From Candidatus Methylumidiphilus alinenensis (GTDB taxonomy: Bacteria; Pseudomonadota; Gammaproteobacteria; Methylococcales; Methylococcaceae), in assembly GCA_003242955.1 (NCBI GenBank), contig QJPH01000143.1, positions 15,679-79,678 on the forward strand: a DNA stretch of 64,000 nt. Direction: 5' to 3'. Below the pieces are notes generated by a model, which saw nothing but the letters and a program-made list of their open reading frames with translations, was not told where the DNA came from and searched no databases. Shown here piece by piece: positions 8,650 to 17,256 of this stretch. The stretch's first letter is position 1; every line of letters starts with the position of its first letter. The position numbers were made by a program, and so were the translations under genes.

Positions 8650-9999
8650 GTGAATAACCAAAATCTCTCCCAACGCGACCAAGCCGTCATCTGGCATCCC
8701 TGCACCCAGATGAAGGATCATGAAGTCCTGCCTGTCATCCCCATCCGCCGTGGACATGGCGTTTGGCTGGAAGATTTCGACGGCAAACGTTACTTGGATG
8801 CCATCAGTTCATGGTGGGTGAACTTGTTTGGTCATGCCAACCCCTACATTAACGCCGCTGTGCGTGGGCAACTGGAGACCTTGGAACATGTCCTGCTTGC
8901 CGGGTTTACCCATGAACCCGCCGTTTGCCTGGCCGAAAGGCTCCTGTCACTAGCCCCTGTTGGTTTAACCCGCTGCTTCTACGCCGACAACGGCTCCTCT
9001 GCCATTGAAGTGGCGTTGAAAATGAGTTTCCATTATTGGCTTAATGCCGGCCAAGCCCGTAAAACCCGTTTTGTCACGCTAGCAAACAGCTATCACGGGG
9101 AAACCTTGGGTGCGTTGGCGGTGGGCGACGTGGATTTGTACAAGAAAACCTATGCCCCGTTGCTGATGACAGCCATCACTGCGCCATCGCCGGATTGTTA
9201 CAATCTTGAACGAGGTGAGTCGTGGGCGGAGCATTCCACCCGCAAATTTCTGGAAATGGAGTCTATTTTAGCAGAACACGCCGATGAAGTATGCGCCGTC
9301 ATCGTAGAACCCTTGGTGCAGTGCGCCGGTTCCATGCGCATGTACGACCCCGTTTACCTAACCCGGCTGAGGGAAGCTTGCGACCGTTACGGTGTCCATT
9401 TGATTGCCGATGAAATAGCCGTCGGCTTTGGCCGGACGGGGACCCTGTTTGCCTGTGAACAGGCCGGTATCACACCCGATTTTCTTTGCCTGTCGAAAGG
9501 CATCACCGGAGGCTATTTGCCGCTTTCCGCCGTGTTGACAAGGGATAGGATTTATCAGGCGTTTTATGGTGATTACACAGCCCAAAAAGCCTTCCTGCAC
9601 TCCCACAGCTACACCGGCAATGCACTGGCCTGCACGGCGGGTCTGGCGACCTTGGACTTGTTCGAGAAGGATGATGTGTTGAAGCGTAATCGCGTCCTGT
9701 CCGGTGTGATGGCTGAAGCAACCAAATCTTTTTCAGATCACCCCCACGTTGCCGAAGTGCGTCAAACGGGCATGATACTGGCCATAGAAATGGTCAAGGA
9801 CAAACTAACCCGCGAACCCTACGACTGGCGCGAACGCCGTGGCCTGACGGTATACCGCCATGGACTTGAACGGGGCGTGTTGCTGCGGCCCTTGGGCAAT
9901 GTGGTCTACTTCATGCCGCCTTATGTGATCACGCCGGAGGAAATTGGCTTCATGGCGGAGGTGGCGTTTGAAGGTATTCAACGGGCGACGGCGCATTAA
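8650..9999 (+). CDS. bioA: Adenosylmethionine-8-amino-7-oxononanoate aminotransferase
   Basis: Class III PLP aminotransferase with IWHPCTQM near the N-terminus and a PLP-lysine context FLCLSKGITGGYLP. I propose the GTG start at 8650 (MNNQNLSQRDQAVIWHP), because the tracked start at 8554 reads through REP G. Confidence 0.85.
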   Translation: MNNQNLSQRDQAVIWHPCTQMKDHEVLPVIPIRRGHGVWLEDFDGKRYLDAISSWWVNLFGHANPYINAAVRGQLETLEHVLLAGFTHEPAVCLAERLLSLAPVGLTRCFYADNGSSAIEVALKMSFHYWLNAGQARKTRFVTLANSYHGETLGALAVGDVDLYKKTYAPLLMTAITAPSPDCYNLERGESWAEHSTRKFLEMESILAEHADEVCAVIVEPLVQCAGSMRMYDPVYLTRLREACDRYGVHLIADEIAVGFGRTGTLFACEQAGITPDFLCLSKGITGGYLPLSAVLTRDRIYQAFYGDYTAQKAFLHSHSYTGNALACTAGLATLDLFEKDDVLKRNRVLSGVMAEATKSFSDHPHVAEVRQTGMILAIEMVKDKLTREPYDWRERRGLTVYRHGLERGVLLRPLGNVVYFMPPYVITPEEIGFMAEVAFEGIQRATAH

Positions 10000-10164
10000 G
10001 GTGATATCCAATAAAGAACATCCCATCCAAAGGCCAAGCTGGGGCTTGGCGCACCTGGAAGGAACGCCAAGCCCCAGCTTGGCAAGGTGATTTGCGGAGG
10101 AATTGTTCGTGATTTTCGTGGACAATTGATTTCGGTTTTGGTGGATTCATTATTGGAAATCACC
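10000..10164. mobile_element. MITE family D, 165-bp copy, inserted at the bioA stop codon
   Basis: TIRs are GGTGATATCCAATAA / TTATTGGAAATCACC. The TAA duplication sits at 9997-9999 (which is the bioA stop codon) and 10165-10167. Confidence 0.85.
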
Positions 10165-10193
10165 TAACCTAAAAACGGCAGTTGATTGGCCCA

Positions 10194-13100
10194 TTATTCC
10201 CGCGCTGCCCTCAACAAATCCGCGCTTACGTCCTGCTTCAGCATGTCATACAACACCGACATAAAGGTTTCTCGGGTATCGTCATCGCTTAATAGCCTCT
10301 CTGCCATCTGTTTGTGTGTGACCATGGCCTCGACTATCGCCTTGATCGCCGCATCTGGCAGCTTGGCTTTCAACGCCTGCTCTAAAGGATTGTTCTGCAC
10401 CTGTGCCATCACAGCAGGATCATCGCGCAACTTCTCCGAAACATGAATAACAAAGGCCACTTTGTCTTTGTCGCTAATATCCTTGCCAAACAAGCGATTC
10501 AGCCTTTCGATCAACTCGGAAATGTATTTTTTCCCCAGGTCATGCGCTTCACGCAGGCCATTGTCGGTGATAGGTGTCAATTGGTAGGGTTTGTTGCCGC
10601 CGTCTGCCACACCGCCTAGCGTTTTGTCCCTGTTCAGCTTGTAATGGGTCAGTTTCAAGCCTTCCAAATCCACTTGCTCGGGTGCAATGCCTTTTAAGCG
10701 TTTGCGCAATAGCCGGGCGAAGCTGGCAAATTCCTCCAAGGCTGGATCGCCAAAATCCACCAGTTGGGCGACATATTCATAGACGCGCACAAACTTGGCC
10801 AGGCTTTCCTTGAAGATCATCAGTTCATCCAATGCCTTGGCATATTCCGCCCGCTGTGCGTCGGCTTGTTTCATGCCTAATTCATCATCACTGGTTTTAG
10901 CTTCTGCATAGGCTTTTTCCCATTTCCTGATCACTCCGTCCAACTCTTTGAACTTGGCGTTGAAACGGTCCGTGGCAGGCTGGGTTAGCGCATATAGTTT
11001 TTGATGTGTGGGTTTGTCCACAATGGCTGCGCCAAACGCCACCACTTCGGCGGAGGTGTAGAGCAGCATCCCGTCCAAGCGTTGCTTGATGTCGTAAACT
11101 ATAGCCGGGTTTTGCACATCGGAAACTTGGGCATCGCGGTAGAACATTTTGAATGCCGCCAAAATCTCTTCCGGCTTGTTCACGAAGTCGATCACAAACG
11201 GATTGTCCTTGCCCGGATAAATGCGGTTCAAGCGCGAGAGGGTTTGCACTGCTTCCACGCCGGTTATCTTCTTATCCAAGTACATCGCCACCAGCTTGGG
11301 CTGGTCGAAGCCGGTTTGAAACTTATTGGCGACGATCAATAGCTGATATTCCTGCGTGTCGAATACTTTGCGCAGGTCGCGCCCTTTGAGTCCGGGGTTC
11401 ATGTTGGACTCATTGAAAAGATGCGTTTCGGCATACCCGCTTTCGTTCAATTCTTTGTTTGGCACGTCCCCGGAAAATGCCACCAAGGCATGAATGCCAA
11501 CATACTCCTTAACTGCGCAGTACCGTTCCAGTTCTAGCTTGTATTTCACCGCCGCCGCCCGCGAAGGGGCCACAATCATGGCCTTCGCCTTGCCGCCCAA
11601 TAGATGGGCCACTTTTGTGCGGAAGTGCTCCACAGCCAATTCGGTCTTTTTTGCTATGTTGGTGGGATTGAGCGAGAGCCACTTCGCCAAGGCCCGTTTG
11701 CCGCTTTTCTCGTCCACCCGCTTATCCGCATCAGCCGTACCGATTCTTAGGGCCAATTCGTAGTGAATATAATTCTGCAACACATCCAAAATAAACCCCT
11801 CCTCAATGGCCTGTTGCATAGTGTAAAGATGAAACGGCACAGGCGGGTTGATGGCTGATGGTGGCAGGCTAGGATTTTTTGGCCGGCCAAACAGCGACAG
11901 GGTGGAATGCTTAGGGGTCGCTGTAAAGGCAAAGTAACTGGCATTGCCGGGACGCTGGCGGGAGGATTGCCACACAGACAGGCGTTCTTCCTTGGACAGC
12001 TTTTCCCATTCCTCCTCGCTCTGTCCGGTCAGCACATAACGCAAATCATCCGCCGTGCTGCCGCCAGTGCTGCTGTGCGCTTCATCAATCAGGATGGCAA
12101 AGCGACGGTCGCGGAGGTTTTTTTCGCTCAGGATCAGGTTTTGGGCATAGGGGAAGGTTTGCAGCGTCACCACAATAATCGGCGCACCGGACAACATCGC
12201 CTCCGCCAGCCGCTGGCTTTTCGGCTTGCCCGACTTCTGCTTGTCAATCGCACAGACCACGCCGGTTTGATGCTCGATTTGCACAATCGCCTCCTGCAAC
12301 TGCTGGTCCAGCACCGTGCGGTCGGTCACGACGATGACGCTATGGAAGTAAGGCTCGCCATCCGGTCGGCGTAGGCGGATCAGTTCATGCGCCGTCCAAG
12401 AAATCGTGTGGGTCTTGCCGGAACCGGCGCTGTGCTGGATCAAATACGGTTGCCCCACCCCTTCCAGCCGCACCGCTTCAACGATCTTGCCCACGCCTTC
12501 CCACTGGTGGAAGCGTGGAAATAGTTGGGTTTCCTTGGTGTATGGCCTGCCACTGGCATCCTCAGCCGGTTTCTTTTCCAGCACCACGAAACGGTGGAAG
12601 ATGCGCAACCAGTTGTCGCGGACCAATACCCGTTGCCAAAAATAGCTCACCGGATAACCGCCAATATTGCTAAGTGGGTTGCCCGCCGCGCCGTCATTAC
12701 CTTGGTTGAACGGCAGAAACACCGTGGACTCGCCGGCCAGCCGGGTCGTCATGCGAATGTCGCTATCGCTCATCGCGAAATGCACCACCGCCCCATGTTT
12801 GAATGCCAGCAGCGGCTCCACCCTTCCGGTGTTCTCGTTCTTCAACGGGCGGTCTTGCCGATATTGCAGCATCGCGGCATCCACCGACTGGGTGAAGTCG
12901 GTTTTAAGCTCCACGGTGGCAACGGCTATACCGTTGATGAAGAACACCAAATCAATCGAATTGCCGGACTCCAACGAATAGCGCAATTGCGCGACGACCC
13001 GTAAGCGATTGGCGGCGTAGCGTTTTAATACTTGCTCATTGCGCCCGTCTTCCGGCAGGGCTTGGGACATTTGGAGATTGCCCGCACCCACTTGCGAAGC

Positions 13101-13394
13101 CCCGCCCCCCGCCAGCGAGAACCCCCGCCGCAACACCGCCACCGTGCCGCCGTCTTTGCTGTCCAAGGCTTTGCGCAGTGCGTCGAGCAGGGCAGTTTCG
13201 GTATTTGCGCCATGGAGCCTATGCAGCCTGTCCCACACCTCGGGCTGGCTTTCATTTAGCCAAGCCAACACATCTTCCGGGTAGAGGGCGCGGGCCGGGT
13301 CGTAGTGTGCGGAATCCCCGACCAGCCAGCCGGCGGATTCCAATTGGCCGACGATATGTTGTTCCAGTTTGCATTCGTGGTGGGTTTGCTGCAT
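10194..13394 (-). CDS. hsdR: Type I restriction enzyme, R (endonuclease/translocase) subunit
   Basis: 1066 aa. SF2 helicase motif I is QHSAGSGKTHT and motif II is ILIDEAHSS. An N-terminal nuclease-type region is present, and hsdS and hsdM lie upstream. Confidence 0.9.
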   Translation of the reverse strand: MQQTHHECKLEQHIVGQLESAGWLVGDSAHYDPARALYPEDVLAWLNESQPEVWDRLHRLHGANTETALLDALRKALDSKDGGTVAVLRRGFSLAGGGASQVGAGNLQMSQALPEDGRNEQVLKRYAANRLRVVAQLRYSLESGNSIDLVFFINGIAVATVELKTDFTQSVDAAMLQYRQDRPLKNENTGRVEPLLAFKHGAVVHFAMSDSDIRMTTRLAGESTVFLPFNQGNDGAAGNPLSNIGGYPVSYFWQRVLVRDNWLRIFHRFVVLEKKPAEDASGRPYTKETQLFPRFHQWEGVGKIVEAVRLEGVGQPYLIQHSAGSGKTHTISWTAHELIRLRRPDGEPYFHSVIVVTDRTVLDQQLQEAIVQIEHQTGVVCAIDKQKSGKPKSQRLAEAMLSGAPIIVVTLQTFPYAQNLILSEKNLRDRRFAILIDEAHSSTGGSTADDLRYVLTGQSEEEWEKLSKEERLSVWQSSRQRPGNASYFAFTATPKHSTLSLFGRPKNPSLPPSAINPPVPFHLYTMQQAIEEGFILDVLQNYIHYELALRIGTADADKRVDEKSGKRALAKWLSLNPTNIAKKTELAVEHFRTKVAHLLGGKAKAMIVAPSRAAAVKYKLELERYCAVKEYVGIHALVAFSGDVPNKELNESGYAETHLFNESNMNPGLKGRDLRKVFDTQEYQLLIVANKFQTGFDQPKLVAMYLDKKITGVEAVQTLSRLNRIYPGKDNPFVIDFVNKPEEILAAFKMFYRDAQVSDVQNPAIVYDIKQRLDGMLLYTSAEVVAFGAAIVDKPTHQKLYALTQPATDRFNAKFKELDGVIRKWEKAYAEAKTSDDELGMKQADAQRAEYAKALDELMIFKESLAKFVRVYEYVAQLVDFGDPALEEFASFARLLRKRLKGIAPEQVDLEGLKLTHYKLNRDKTLGGVADGGNKPYQLTPITDNGLREAHDLGKKYISELIERLNRLFGKDISDKDKVAFVIHVSEKLRDDPAVMAQVQNNPLEQALKAKLPDAAIKAIVEAMVTHKQMAERLLSDDDTRETFMSVLYDMLKQDVSADLLRAARE

Positions 13395-13453
13395 ACAGAA
13401 TCCTTATCAAGTTTAATTAAGCGATGCGCTTAGTTAAGGGAAAGCCGTTTCCC

Positions 13454-14587
13454 TTAACTAACGAACAATCTAAGGTAACGATCAAAAGCATAAGCCCGCC
13501 CCCTTTGCTGGCCGGTAATCTCGCGCAGAATTCCCAATCGCTCCAAATCGCGGATGAGGGCATTCGCTGTTGGCGAACTCACCGATAGCGCTTGTTCCAC
13601 ATCCATTGCCGAAACAACCGGCTTTCGGTACAACAAATTGAGTGCTTGTCTGGCATTGATGGCACGTTTACCCAAACCCAGTACTGCATGCTCCACTTCA
13701 GTTCGCAATGTTAGAATCTGCCGGAACACTTCACGGCCTTTGGTGGCCGTCCCCCCCACTCCGGTGAGAAAAAAACGGACCCAATGGATCAAGTCGTTGG
13801 AAACGCGCACCCGCATCAAGGCGTCATAGTAGCTGGTTCGGTTGCGCTCGAAAAAGTCAGAAAGATATAGCGAGGGCTTGGCCAGCAAACCGTAATTAAC
13901 CAAATACAAAGGAATCAGCAGCCTTCCAATACGCCCGTTGCCATCCAAAAATGGATGGATGGTCTCAAACTGATAGTGGCTGATCGCCAACCGCACCAAA
14001 TGGGGTACAGTGATGGCCTCGTTATGCCAAAACTTCTCCAAGTCTCCCATCAACTCTGGCACTCCGTCTGGATGTGGGGGAATGAACACTGCATCCATCA
14101 AATTGGAGCCACCGATCCAGTTTTGGCTTACCCGGAATTCCCCCGACTGCTTATGTTCGCCACGCACTCCACGCATAAGAATTTCGTGGGTTTTCTTGAG
14201 TAGTCGATTCGACAATGGCAAAGAGTTCAGTTCGGCAATCGCCGCGTTCACTGCATCAATGTAATTGCGCACCTCACGCCAGTCATCGCGCTTCTCCGGT
14301 TGGATTTGTTCTTCTGACATCAATGCCTCATCAATACCCGTTTGAGTGCCTTCAATCCGGCTGGAAGTCTGTGCTTCCTTGACAACGTGCATTTCGATGA
14401 ATAGGTCAATATCCGGTACGATCAATGAAAAGGCATTGAGTTCTCCTAACGCCCGGTTGGCTGACTCCAAGAGCGCATTGATGGTCGGGTCTTCCCATAA
14501 CCATTCATGGTTTACTGGCACAGGTTCAAAGCTTTTATACTGATAACGCTGCCGCCATACTCCTGCCTGAAAGGTTTCAAATTTCAT
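13454..14587 (-). CDS. Fic family protein with intramolecular inhibitory helix (class II-like) and a C-terminal wHTH-like region
   Basis: The Fic motif is HPFLDGNGRIGR. The N-terminal inhibitory motif (S/T)xxxE(G/N) is present as SSRIEG. ATGA gives a 4-nt overlap with hsdS. Confidence 0.85.
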   Translation of the reverse strand: MKFETFQAGVWRQRYQYKSFEPVPVNHEWLWEDPTINALLESANRALGELNAFSLIVPDIDLFIEMHVVKEAQTSSRIEGTQTGIDEALMSEEQIQPEKRDDWREVRNYIDAVNAAIAELNSLPLSNRLLKKTHEILMRGVRGEHKQSGEFRVSQNWIGGSNLMDAVFIPPHPDGVPELMGDLEKFWHNEAITVPHLVRLAISHYQFETIHPFLDGNGRIGRLLIPLYLVNYGLLAKPSLYLSDFFERNRTSYYDALMRVRVSNDLIHWVRFFLTGVGGTATKGREVFRQILTLRTEVEHAVLGLGKRAINARQALNLLYRKPVVSAMDVEQALSVSSPTANALIRDLERLGILREITGQQRGRAYAFDRYLRLFVS

Positions 14588-15912
14588 GCTGTGTTCCTGA
14601 CATCAATCTGCCCGGTGACGGCGGCGGTAATCAACGCGGCACGGCGTTCTTTCAAGAGGTTTATGCTGTGTTGGGTTTTGGTGATGAGGGAGTCGATGCG
14701 GGTGGTTTCATGGTCGAGATAGGCAACTATGCCCTGCTGTTCTGCAATCGAAGGAAGTGGAATGATCGTATCAGAAAGATAATCCTGTTCGATACTTTCT
14801 ACTGTGGCTCCTTGTTTCCGCCAAGCCTGTAATAAGTCATTATTAAAACCCTGAACCCAACGCAAGAAAAATTTTCCAATGCATAAATTGTGATTAAAGA
14901 ATAACGCCCTCATGTCTTGATTCAAAGCTACTTGAATTAAGTTAATTGCTATTGGAATTGTGTGCTTAAGTATACCAGAACGGACTACAAGCAAAATCTG
15001 ATTGGGTGGCACAAGTCTAGCGGCACTGTTTAATAAGCCAGCTTGAGTAATATTTTCTTCGGTTTCACAAATTGCTTCGACTTTCATGTCTTTGGGCGAA
15101 ACCCATGGTATATCCCCATTCCAGAATAACAAGTTATCCCTGATAGGAGTGCCGCCACCGCAGAAATTAGTAATGTATTTAAGCGTTCTAACTTCCCAAT
15201 GTTCCGGTACTTCCCCCAACCATTCCACGCCGGAATCCTTCATTTTGACAGTTGGGTCTAGTCCTCGGGTGACGGCTTGGGTAATCAAGGCTTGCCGCTT
15301 CTCGCGCAGCAACTCAATGAAGCGGGTTTTCTTGGACACCAGTGCATCAATGCGGACGGTTTCGCGGTCGAGGAGTTGTGTCAGTTTTATTTGTTCTTCA
15401 AGAAGAGGGACGGCGATGTTTATTTTTAACAGATCAGAAGCATTAATTGCTGGATAACTTATCCCATTTGAACGAGCCTCAACTTCAGAAAGAAAGTATT
15501 CTGACAATAAAGCGTAATAGAGAAAACTAGGCGTAATTTCTTTTGATGAACGCACTATTGCGAACCCAGTTGAGAAAATCGCGGCCTCATGTTCTGGAAG
15601 TACTTTGCCGATTGCCCGCAGATACGTCCTTACTGTCGATATTACAACATCGCCACTTTTTGCTTTACGCTGAGCGCGGCTTGGAGCATCCTTTGCCAAC
15701 ATCCGAGTTGGATTTGAAACTCCATACTCCAAAGTTACCGAAGAAATATCGACATATTCAATTTCATCTAGGTCTTTAATATTTCTATCGCGCTCATCAT
15801 TATTGACAGTAGTTACTGTCCAAAGCGGTTTTACTTTCCACCCATCCGGCACTTTCCCCAACCACTCCACCCCGGAATCTTTGTATGCCGGATAAGGCTT
15901 GTAATCACTCAT
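14584..15912 (-). CDS. hsdS: Type I restriction-modification specificity subunit
   Basis: Two target-recognition halves are each followed by a conserved helix (LLDRETVRIDALVSKKTRFIELLREKRQALITQAVTRGLD and YLDHETTRIDSLITKTQHSINLLKERRAALITAAVTGQID). It is lower in GC than hsdR and hsdM by eye. Confidence 0.9.
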   Translation of the reverse strand: MSDYKPYPAYKDSGVEWLGKVPDGWKVKPLWTVTTVNNDERDRNIKDLDEIEYVDISSVTLEYGVSNPTRMLAKDAPSRAQRKAKSGDVVISTVRTYLRAIGKVLPEHEAAIFSTGFAIVRSSKEITPSFLYYALLSEYFLSEVEARSNGISYPAINASDLLKINIAVPLLEEQIKLTQLLDRETVRIDALVSKKTRFIELLREKRQALITQAVTRGLDPTVKMKDSGVEWLGEVPEHWEVRTLKYITNFCGGGTPIRDNLLFWNGDIPWVSPKDMKVEAICETEENITQAGLLNSAARLVPPNQILLVVRSGILKHTIPIAINLIQVALNQDMRALFFNHNLCIGKFFLRWVQGFNNDLLQAWRKQGATVESIEQDYLSDTIIPLPSIAEQQGIVAYLDHETTRIDSLITKTQHSINLLKERRAALITAAVTGQIDVRNTA

Positions 15913-16550
15913 GGATTTCCCTCAGATTTCTTCAATCCTTCAAAAATAATCTGTCGAAGAGGGGTATTATTGGCCTGTTGAACACATTCAATTGAGGCTT
16001 GAATATAACTGCTTGTATTTTTATCAGCAAGGTGTATGGCATGGCTGTAATCAATTGGATCATAGCCATTGAATACCGCAATCAGATCAAAAAATAAGCG
16101 GGTGATACGACCATTCAACTCGTAAAACGGATGCAGTGCAATCAGTTCGCACTGGAAGTAAGCTAACTGGTCGGCGAACTGGCCTTTGCTCCAACCGGCA
16201 GCCGCTTTGAGAAAATTCTCATGCTCCAATCGCTGAAAAATCCGCTTGGATTCTTTGGGCAAAAATTCCGCTTGACAAAACAACGAATCCCCCTTGCCCA
16301 TGTTGACGATTCTATATTCCCCCGCCCATTCGTATAACGCGGAAAAGGTCTGGCGGTGCAGTGCCTTGAAATAGGCTTCATCAAAACGAAGGGTGTCATC
16401 CATATCCGCTAAAAATAGACCAAAAGCAGTTTGCAAAAGTTCTTCTTCAATAACATGCAAAAGCTCAGGGTCGGTGATATCCATACGGTTACGAGGAATG
16501 TTAGTACCCGGCAAGTAGATGTCACTTTCTCTGAACTGATACTTGGACAT
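15909..16550 (-). CDS. Fic/DOC family protein, class I toxin-like (partner antitoxin encoded immediately upstream)
   Basis: The Fic-type motif is HPFYELNGRITR (HPFx[D/E]xNGRxxR, with G replaced by L). No internal SxxxEG motif was seen. It has a 4-nt overlap with the hsdS start. Confidence 0.75.
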   Translation of the reverse strand: MSKYQFRESDIYLPGTNIPRNRMDITDPELLHVIEEELLQTAFGLFLADMDDTLRFDEAYFKALHRQTFSALYEWAGEYRIVNMGKGDSLFCQAEFLPKESKRIFQRLEHENFLKAAAGWSKGQFADQLAYFQCELIALHPFYELNGRITRLFFDLIAVFNGYDPIDYSHAIHLADKNTSSYIQASIECVQQANNTPLRQIIFEGLKKSEGNP

Positions 16551-16680
16551 TGTGTTTTTCCATTAATTCTTTTGCGCGTTTTTTGACTTCTGGGGAGGCT
16601 GTGGTTTGGCAACCCTCAATGCGCATGGAAGTTTGCACGGCTTGGGTAATCTTTTGATTTAAGCGAGGGGTTAACTTCAT
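16522..16680 (-). CDS. VbhA-like Fic antitoxin (52 aa), not in the ORF track
   Basis: My translation is MKLTPRLNQKITQAVQTSMRIEGCQTTASPEVKKRAKELMEKHNVQVSVQRK. It carries the Fic-inhibitory motif (S/T)xxxE(G/N) as SMRIEG. ATGA overlaps the upstream ORF, and its 3' end overlaps the fic start by 29 nt. Confidence 0.7.
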   Translation of the reverse strand: MKLTPRLNQKITQAVQTSMRIEGCQTTASPEVKKRAKELMEKHNVQVSVQRK

Positions 16681-16928
16681 AGTATATTCCTTCCATAATC
16701 CAATGGGCGGTAGAAATCTTCATCATCGCCAACATCCGGCATGGCAGCCAACAAGGCTTTCAATGCCTCTCCCTCTGCACTGTCGGTGGTCTGTTCCGAT
16801 GGTTTAGGGGGGCTATGCATGTTTTCGTCGAGTAGCAACAACACGCGCAGCATCACCCCATCCGGCACGATATCGGGGACATGGATGGTGTGCTGGTGGG
16901 CAATGGCTTCAAATTCGATGGCTTGCAT
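16677..16928 (-). CDS. Hypothetical 83-aa acidic protein, translationally coupled to the VbhA-like gene
   Basis: ORF MQAIEFEAIAHQHTIHVPDIVPDGVMLRVLLL... shares an ATGA overlap with the downstream gene. No motif is recognisable. It could be an antitoxin-like or regulator protein. Confidence 0.4.
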   Translation of the reverse strand: MQAIEFEAIAHQHTIHVPDIVPDGVMLRVLLLLDENMHSPPKPSEQTTDSAEGEALKALLAAMPDVGDDEDFYRPLDYGRNIL

Positions 16929-16952
16929 GGTTTGCCTCCTGAATTAAATTTT

Positions 16953-17219
16953 GATCGTTCCCACGCTCCAGCGTGGGAATGCAGCCTTTACCGCTCCAGC
17001 GGTTCGATACCTCCGACGCTGGAGCGTCGCCGGAGGCATTCCCACGCAGAGCGTCAATGCCATTAAGTTAAGCCGTCATTCCGGCATGGACCGCCGGAAT
17101 CCAGATTGCAGGGATGCCAACAATCTATGCCATCCATGGAGCCTAGGTTCCGGCGAACCCTGCCGGAACGACAAGTTTTTTCTTAACTTAATGGCAGTGA
17201 CGCAGAGCGTGGGAACGAT
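16953..17219. mobile_element. Composite: family B inverted-repeat element (about 111 bp) interrupted by a family A MITE
   Basis: The B termini are GATCGTTCCCACGCTC / GAGCGTGGGAACGAT. The right terminus is split by the insertion at 17054-17200. Related B sequence occurs at 35633-35690, 36085-36115, 37046-37085 and 37355-37440. Confidence 0.75.
17054..17200. mobile_element. MITE family A, 147-bp copy nested in element B with a perfect 9-bp target-site duplication
   Basis: TIRs are TCAATGCCATTAAGTTAAG / CTTAACTTAATGGCAGTGA. The direct repeat CGCAGAGCG lies at 17045-17053 and again at 17201-17209. Confidence 0.9.
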
Positions 17220-17256
17220 ACCATTGTAGCCGGGACGGGGCTTCTTTCGTCAACCC

